Both the position numbers and the translations under genes were made by a program. From Macrostomum lignano (lineage: Eukaryota), in assembly GCA_002269645.1 (NCBI GenBank), contig NIVC01000875.1, positions 186,001 to 250,000 on the forward strand: a stretch of DNA of 64,000 bases. The letters run 5' to 3'. Under the pieces are notes generated by a model. The model saw only the letters and a list, made by a program, of their open reading frames with translations. It was not told the DNA's origin and did not search any database. Below are positions 57,478 to 64,000 of the stretch, one piece after another. Each line of letters opens with the position of its first letter. The stretch's first letter is position 1.

Positions 57478-59127
57478 CCACGCAGCAGCTCGGCCAGTTC
57501 GCTCTTTCCGTTCTGTGTGGCCAAATCCAGCGCAGTCCTGCCGTCTCTGTCCTTCAGGCTCCAATCCGCTCCTGAGTCCAGCAGAACCCGACCGACTGCG
57601 GCGGCGGTGTCGGGGGGCGCAATGATGGCTGCCAGCATGAGGGGCGTGAATTCCCACTGATCCCTGGCATTGGCGGAGGCTCCGGAAGCCAGCAGAGCGG
57701 AGGCTGCGGCAGAATTGCCAGCCATGGCTGCCCAGTGCAGGAAACTAACAGCTCATATAGCCACACAAGTGGGGTCACCCAGCAGCACCAGCTGCTCCCA
57801 CAGAGCCTCATCACCGCACGAGCTGTTCTCAGCTGCCCACATCAACGCGGTGCAACCCTCATGGTCAAGCAGGTCGCAGCTGCCGCGGGTCGCCGCTCGC
57901 CGCAGCCCCGCCGAGTCGCCCGCCTTGGCCAGCCGCTGCAGTTCCTGTCGATCCGCCTCCTCCTGCAAAAGCGAGCGGGAAATTTGAGCACAGCTGCTCA
58001 GCTGCAGCCGCATCGGCACCTCAGATGCCACTCACCTGGGCTGTCAGGCCAGTGATCTTGCCATCTCCATCGACAACCAGCCACATCTCCCTGCAATAGC
58101 AAAAATGAGCAGCGAATCTGCAATTTTTCAAGTCCGACAACTACGATTGCGAAAAAAGTTGTATGATATATTTGGCGAACATAAATTCCAAATTATCTGA
58201 GCTGCTCGCAGATGGAGTTTCTAAGAGGACTGCAGCAGCTCTGCAACAATCAGCATTGGCGAGAGCGCATCCGACTTCTCACACGCAGCTCATTTTCCAT
58301 TTCTGCAGCATGAGTTTCCTTCCATCTCAAAATGTCTCACAAAGCACTCACGCGCGGGCTCTCAGTTCTCCATCTGCAGCTCAACCCACACACTCTCTCT
58401 GCACACCGAGGCCCTACAGCTTCCATTCTTGACTGAGATCAACCGGCACCCCATTGGCTGGGAGGCAGTCAGCCAATCACAGCTCTCGCCCATCAAGCAG
58501 TCAGACAGAGACAAGCTCAGCTGACTGGCTCTGATTGGCTGGCCTGAGACTGCAGCTCTGGCCACCCTAGCCGAATGCTGCAAAACTTGATGGACACAGC
58601 AGCGAACTGCTCACTCACCGCTCGATGTAGCTGGCCAGCTCTGAGTGACCACTGCGCCTCGCCAGGTCCGACGCCGTCCGACCCTCGCGATCCTTCAGTT
58701 CGAGCAGCCGCGACCTCTTCGAGTTTCCGTGCTCAAAGCACTCATTGAACCTCCATTGTCTGAGCAGGTGCAGCAGGTGCTTGGCGCATTTCCAGCTTCC
58801 AGTCCGCGCCACCTCCATCAGCGGAGTGGCGCCGTTGTCGTTCCGCAGCCACTTCGCATCGAACGAAAGCAGCGTCAGCAGCCGCAGGTGGTCCCGACGG
58901 GCTGCCAGGTGCGCAGCCGTGTCGCCGTTCGCGTCAGCCGCTTTAGGGTTCGCGCCCAGCTCAAATAAGTACAAGATGCACTTTTCAGTGTGCACGGGAG
59001 TTTCAGGAGCGTCGGCCACCAGCATGAGGACGGTCCGACGAGCTGCATCAGCGCTGGTGACCAGCTGGCGCGTTGCCAGCCGCCGCACCTGGCCGAAGTC
59101 ACCTCGGATGACGTCGTGGGCGAGAGT
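57478..59127 (-). CDS. Gene E ankyrin region (interrupted by TGA at 57753-57755)
   Basis: Ankyrin motifs as in the paralogs; GDPTCVAI*AVSFLHWAA. Confidence 0.85.
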
Positions 59128-59193
59128 CTGGAGATCGGCTGCCGAGTCTCCGACGCTTGTCCAGTGTTTGGGGTACGGCTGAGTGAGTTTCTG

Positions 59194-59475
59194 CAACTGC
59201 AGTTGAGGCACCCAAGCTGCACATTCAAACATGTGAGTGATTTTATGCAACTGCAATTGAGACACTCAAGCTGCACATTCAAACATACGAATGAGTTCCT
59301 TCAACTGCAATTGGGGCACCCAAGCTGCACATTCAAACATTCGAATGAGTTCCTTCAACTGCAATTGGGGCACCCAAGCTGCACATTCAAACATGTGAGT
59401 GAATTCCTGCAACTGCAATTGAGACACTCAAGCTGCACATTCAAACATACGAGTGAGTTCCTGCGACTGCAATCA
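59194..59475. repeat. 54-bp tandem repeat (about 5 copies) in gene E intron 1
   Basis: Unit CAACTGCAATTGAGGCACCCAAGCTGCACATTCAAACATGTGAGTGAATTCCTG; about 1 copy in gene A (4745-4805). Confidence 0.9.
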
Positions 59476-59642
59476 AGCCTACAAAAATTAATATGCTGGA
59501 ATTAGCTCACATTAACTTCAATATGACTTTCAGGTAGAACCGGCGTTGAGTTAAAAGAAATTGGTAGTGAAAACAATGACGAAAAAGAGCCATGAAAACT
59601 TAGTCGGGAAGACGGTGGCGAAGGCTGCCCTCCCTCTGCCAT

Positions 59643-59885
59643 GACTGCAAGCTCAGTCCGTCAGTCGCAGGTGTCTCAGTTGAGCCCGAGAGTCCGGCAG
59701 GGCAGCGGCCGCCTCTGCAGCAGATTTTATTGGCCTGGAGCAGCTGCAGCGAATTCCTTCTCACCCTGCTTTTCTGCCTCTCCCATTGGCTCTGAGGGAA
59801 CAGCAGAACTGCTGCAATGTCAGTCCGTGGCTACTTAAAGCAGTAACTGTGCGACTGCGGATTTTTTTTGCAAAATTGGTACAAG
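59643..59885 (-). promoter_or_regulatory. Type I promoter module of gene E
   Basis: Same module with CCAAT boxes at about 59729-59733 and 59785-59789. Confidence 0.55.
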
Positions 59886-59894
59886 TTTCAGAAA

Positions 59895-60065
59895 TGAATC
59901 TTCTCTATCTCGTCTGTCTCTATCTTCTTCTTCTGTCTCTGTCTCTGTCTGTCTCTGTCTCTTCTGTCTGTCTTCTTCTCTCTCTTCTGTCTGTCTGTCT
60001 GTCTGTCTTCTCTGTCTTCTTCTCTCTGTTTCTCTCTATCTTCTATCTATCTATCTATCTTCTTC
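59895..60065. repeat. Compound (TC/TCTG/TCTA) microsatellite
   Basis: Direct reading. Confidence 0.9.
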
Positions 60066-60250
60066 TATCTACATATACTAAAGTTCACGTGTTGTTTGTC
60101 TGTCTGTCATTTCGACAACTCCTCCTTGAATAGTGGCAACTCAGCGTTGAAACGTATATGGGAAGACAAGCTGTTGAAACCCGCGGATTTTGAACCCGGG
60201 GAATTCCAATCCCTGGAACTACTTTTGCATGCATTCTGAAATCTAAGGTC

Positions 60251-61215
60251 ATACACAAACAAAAACTTGTTAATAGTTAGTAGGATAGAGGTAGACATAA
60301 AATGGAGCACATTCGTGTAAAATTAGGATTTGAGGCAAACATTGATATTGTTGGCTGGGGTACTGCACAGAATGTCAGGCAATGTCTGTCTGACTCTAAA
60401 ACATGTATTGGCAAACTCTGGCCTCTCCCTGACTCTCCCTATGTCCCTTGGATCCTTTAAAATTTCTATCGTCTTTTTTGTTTCCTTTCTTATCTCTCGT
60501 CCCTCGTCTCTCTTCTCTCCTCTCTCCTCTCTTCTCTCATATCTTCCCTCATCTCTCTTCTCTTTCATCTCTCTTATCTCTTGTCTCTTCTCTCTACTCT
60601 TTCCTCTCTCTCTCCTCTCTACTTTTCGTTTTCTCTCCTCTCTCCTCTCTCCTGTCTCCTCTCTACTTTTCGTTTTCTCTCTCCTCTCCTCTCTCCTGTC
60701 TCGTCTCTACTTTTCGTTTTCTCTCTCCTCTCCTCTCTCCTCTCTACTCTTTCGTTTTCTCTCTCCTCTCCTCTCTCCTATCTTCTTTCGTATCTTCCCT
60801 CATCTCTCTTCTCTTTCATATCTCTTATCTCATCTCTTCCCTTTTCATTTCTCTCTCCTCTCCTCTCTCCTCTCTACTTTTTCGTTTTCTCTCTCTCCTC
60901 TCTCCCCCTTTTCTCTCGTCTCTTCCTTCTCCTCTCTATTCTTTTCTCTCTTCTCTTAACTCTCTCCTCTCTCCTCTCTACTCTTTCCTCTCTTTCTCCT
61001 CTCTCCTCTCTACTCTTTCCTCTCTCTCTCTCCTCTCTCCCCTCTTCTCTCGTCTCTTCTATCACCTCTTTCCTCTCTCTCTTTCCTCTCATTTATTTTC
61101 TTGTTTTATCTCTTCTCTCTCCCCTCGTCGCTCGTCTCTCCCTCACCTCTCTTCTCTCTTGTCTGCGTTTTTATCTCTCCTTTCTCTTCTTTTATCTTTT
61201 CTCTCACTGTCTCTC

Positions 61216-61288
<73 letters not shown>

Positions 61289-62947
61289 CTCTCTCTCTCA
61301 TCTCTCCTCTCCCATCTCTCTTCTCCTCTCTACTCTCTCCCCTCTTCATTCTCCTATTTCCTCTTCTCTCTCCCTGTCTCTCCTCTCTCCTCTAGTCTCT
61401 GTAATCTCTTCTCTCTTATCTCTCCTCTGTTCTCTCTACCCTCCCATCTCTCGTCTGTTCACCCTCATCTCTGCTCTCTCATCTATCATCTTTACTCTCT
61501 AATACGTTCTCTCAGTTATCTCCTCTGTACTCTTCTCTTTCACCTCTTCTGACTCCTCTCTTTCCTTACTCCTCTTTTCTTTTCTCTTCCCTCTTCTATA
61601 CTCTCTCTCCTCTATTATCTTCTCTCGTCTCTCTGCACTCTCCTCTCACCTTTTTCATCTCTCATCCTTACTCTCTCATCTCTCCTTTCATTGGTCTCAT
61701 CTCTACAATCTCATCTCTCCTTTCTCCCCTCTTCTTACACCCCTCTCTTATCTCTATCTCTTCTCTTCTCACTCCTCTCTCCCCCTCTTATCTCCTCTCT
61801 TCTCTATCCTTTCTAATCTCTCCTCTCGATCCTCTCTCATCTGCCTCTCTGTTCTCTCATCTCTCATCCCTTCTCACTCTTCTCTACTCTCCTCTCTCAT
61901 TGATCCTCTGTCTCATCTCTCCCCTCTTCTCTCTCCATCTTCTCACCTCTACTATTTCCTCTCCCTTCTCTCTCCCCTCCTCTCGCTTCTTCGTCCCATA
62001 TTCTCTGCTCTCTCCTCAACCTCCTCGTACGTCTCTCCTGTTATCTTCTATCTTTTCTTTTATCCCCTCTCGCCCCTCCTCCCTTTCTAATAGTCTATTC
62101 CTTTTCCTTTTCACTCTCATCTGCCCCGCAGCCATAAGCTTGATTCTTTATCTGGCCTTTGAGATAAAAATCTGCCGATCCCTGCTTCGGAATCCAGTTT
62201 GTGGGACGTAGTACTATCATGGTTGTTATAATTTCTCGTGCTCTTTCTGGCCAATTAGCAGTCCTGAGAGGAATTTGTGTATCTCCATTCTCTAGCTCCA
62301 CCACCACAGTCTGCAGCAGTCTAACAACCAAGGAAATACGCATTTCTTAGGAGGTTATTTAAATTTTCAAGTACCTTATTCGTATCTTAATGTTAAAATT
62401 TTCATGGTGTAAGCAATTTAGTAGGATTGCATTGTAATCAGTTCATTGTAATCATTAATTTTTCGCTATTTTTACTAGATAGAGATAAGAGAGGGGTGTA
62501 AGAAGAGGGGAGAAAGGAGAGATGAGATTGTAGAGATGAGACCAATGAAAGGAGAGATGAGAGAGTAAGGATGAGAGATGAAAAAGGTGAGAGGAGAGTG
62601 CAGAGAGACGAGAGAAGATAATAGAGGAGAGAGAGTATAGAAGAGGGAAGAGAAAAGAAGAGAGGAGAAAGGAAAGAGAGGAGTCAGAAGAGGTGAAAGA
62701 GAAGAGTACAGAGGAGATAACTGAGAGAACGTATTAGAGAGTAAAGATGATAGATGAGAGAGCAGAGATGAGGGTGAACAGACGAGAGATGGGAGGGTAG
62801 AGAGAACAGAGGAGAGATAAGAGAGAAGAGATTACAGAGACTAGAGGAGAGAGGAGAGACAGGGAGAGAGAAGAGGAAATAGGAGAATGAAGAGGGGAGA
62901 GAGTAGAGAGGAGAAGAGAGATGGGAGAGGAGAGATGAGAGAGAGAG

Positions 62948-63026
<79 letters not shown>

Positions 63027-64000
63027 AGAGAGAAGGAGAGACAGTGAGAGAAAAGATAAAAGAAGAGAAAGGAGAGATAAAAACGCAGACAAGAGAGAAG
63101 AGAGGTGAGGGAGAGACGAGCGACGAGGGGAGAGAGAAGAGATAAAACAAGAAAATAAATGAGAGGAAAGAGAGAGAGGAAAGAGGTGATAGAAGAGACG
63201 AGAGAAGAGGGGAGAGAGGAGAGAGAGAGAGGAAAGAGTAGAGAGGAGAGAGGAGAAAGAGAGGAAAGAGTAGAGAGGAGAGAGGAGAGAGTTAAGAGAA
63301 GAGAGAAAAGAATAGAGAGGAGAAGGAAGAGACGAGAGAAAAGGGGGAGAGAGGAGAGAGAGAAAACGAAAAAGTAGAGAGGAGAGAGGAGAGGAGAGAG
63401 AAATGAAAAGGGAAGAGATGAGATAAGAGATATGAAAGAGAAGAGAGATGAGGGAAGATACGAAAGAAGATAGGAGAGAGGAGAGGAGAGAGAAAACGAA
63501 AGAGTAGAGAGGAGAGAGGAGAGGAGAGAGAAAACGAAAAGTAGAGACGAGACAGGAGAGAGGAGAGGAGAGAGAAAACGAAAAGTAGAGAGGAGACAGG
63601 AGAGAGGAGAGAGGAGAGAAAACGAAAAGTAGAGAGGAGAGAGAGAGGAAAGAGTAGAGAGAAGAGACAAGAGATAAGAGAGATGAAAGAGAAGAGAGAT
63701 GAGGGAAGATATGAGAGAAGAGAGGAGAGAGGAGAGAAGAGAGACGAGGGACGAGAGATAAGAAAGGAAACAAAAAAGACGATAGAAATTTTAAAGGATC
63801 CAAGGGACATAGGGAGAGTCAGGGAGAGGCCAGAGTTTGCCAATACATGTTTTAGAGTCAGACAGACATTGCCTGACATTCTGTGCAGTACCCCAGCCAA
63901 CAATATCAATGTTTGCCTCAAATCCTAATTTTACACGAATGTGCTCCATTTTATGACTACCTCTATCCTACTAACTATTAACAAGTTTTTGTTTGTGTAT
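60251..64000. repeat. Large inverted repeat: arms 60251-61759 and 62477-64000 (may extend beyond the window), 717-bp spacer
   Basis: The reverse complement of 63921-64000 matches 60251-60330 with 1 mismatch. The ORF track gives identical translations on opposite strands, and the inner ends pair at 61759/62477. Confidence 0.93.

Larger units (their letters stand above)
54217..59642 (-). pseudogene. Gene E: ankyrin + tandem kinase paralog with one in-frame TGA in ankyrin block B
   Basis: Exons 59511-59642, 58619-59127, 58036-58090, 57478-57962, 57075-57116, 56570-56936, 56009-56493, 54801-55155 and 54217-54723 are all in phase. TGA at 57753-57755 sits where A, B and D have TGG (Trp). Could be a nonsense allele or a sequencing error. 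Confidence 0.7.

Noticed and set aside
60323-63928. Leu/Ser-rich and Arg/Glu-rich ORFs in the inverted repeat
   Set aside because: Translations of CT/GA simple sequence.
1-64000. Prokaryotic defence island interpretation (ankyrin + Ser/Thr kinase operon)
   Set aside because: Consistent spliceosomal GT-AG introns, CCAAT/TATA promoters, a SINE and LTR elements show a eukaryotic locus.

Overview
Eukaryotic, intron-containing and minisatellite-rich genomic DNA. GC3-rich exons, short AT-rich introns and heavy simple-repeat load would fit an invertebrate such as the flatworm Macrostomum, but this is inference and unverified. The window is dominated by a minus-strand tandem array of five paralogous genes (A <1-4898, B 14483-19486, C 27695-31151, D 44126-47847, E 54217-59642). 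Hand-tracing the GT-AG junctions gives one frame-consistent model: variable exon 1 + ankyrin block A + linker + ankyrin block B + linker + MAP3K/STE11-like kinase. In A, B and E a second kinase domain with a degenerate glycine loop follows and can be spliced in frame (8 kinase domains in total). Paralog differences in ankyrin block B concentrate at hairpin/inner-helix positions and in the kinase activation loop. The paralogs are sequence mosaics, and orphan promoters mark two apparently deleted family members. This looks like a rapidly evolving sensor-(tandem) kinase family, possibly immune-related (inference). The spacers hold a TA-target MITE (x2), a decayed Ty3/Gypsy element, a 133-bp solo LTR, a tRNA-derived SINE, a Polinton/adintovirus-type protease pseudogene, many minisatellites and a >=1.5-kb-arm inverted repeat at the right end. 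All splice models are read from sequence only and need RNA evidence.
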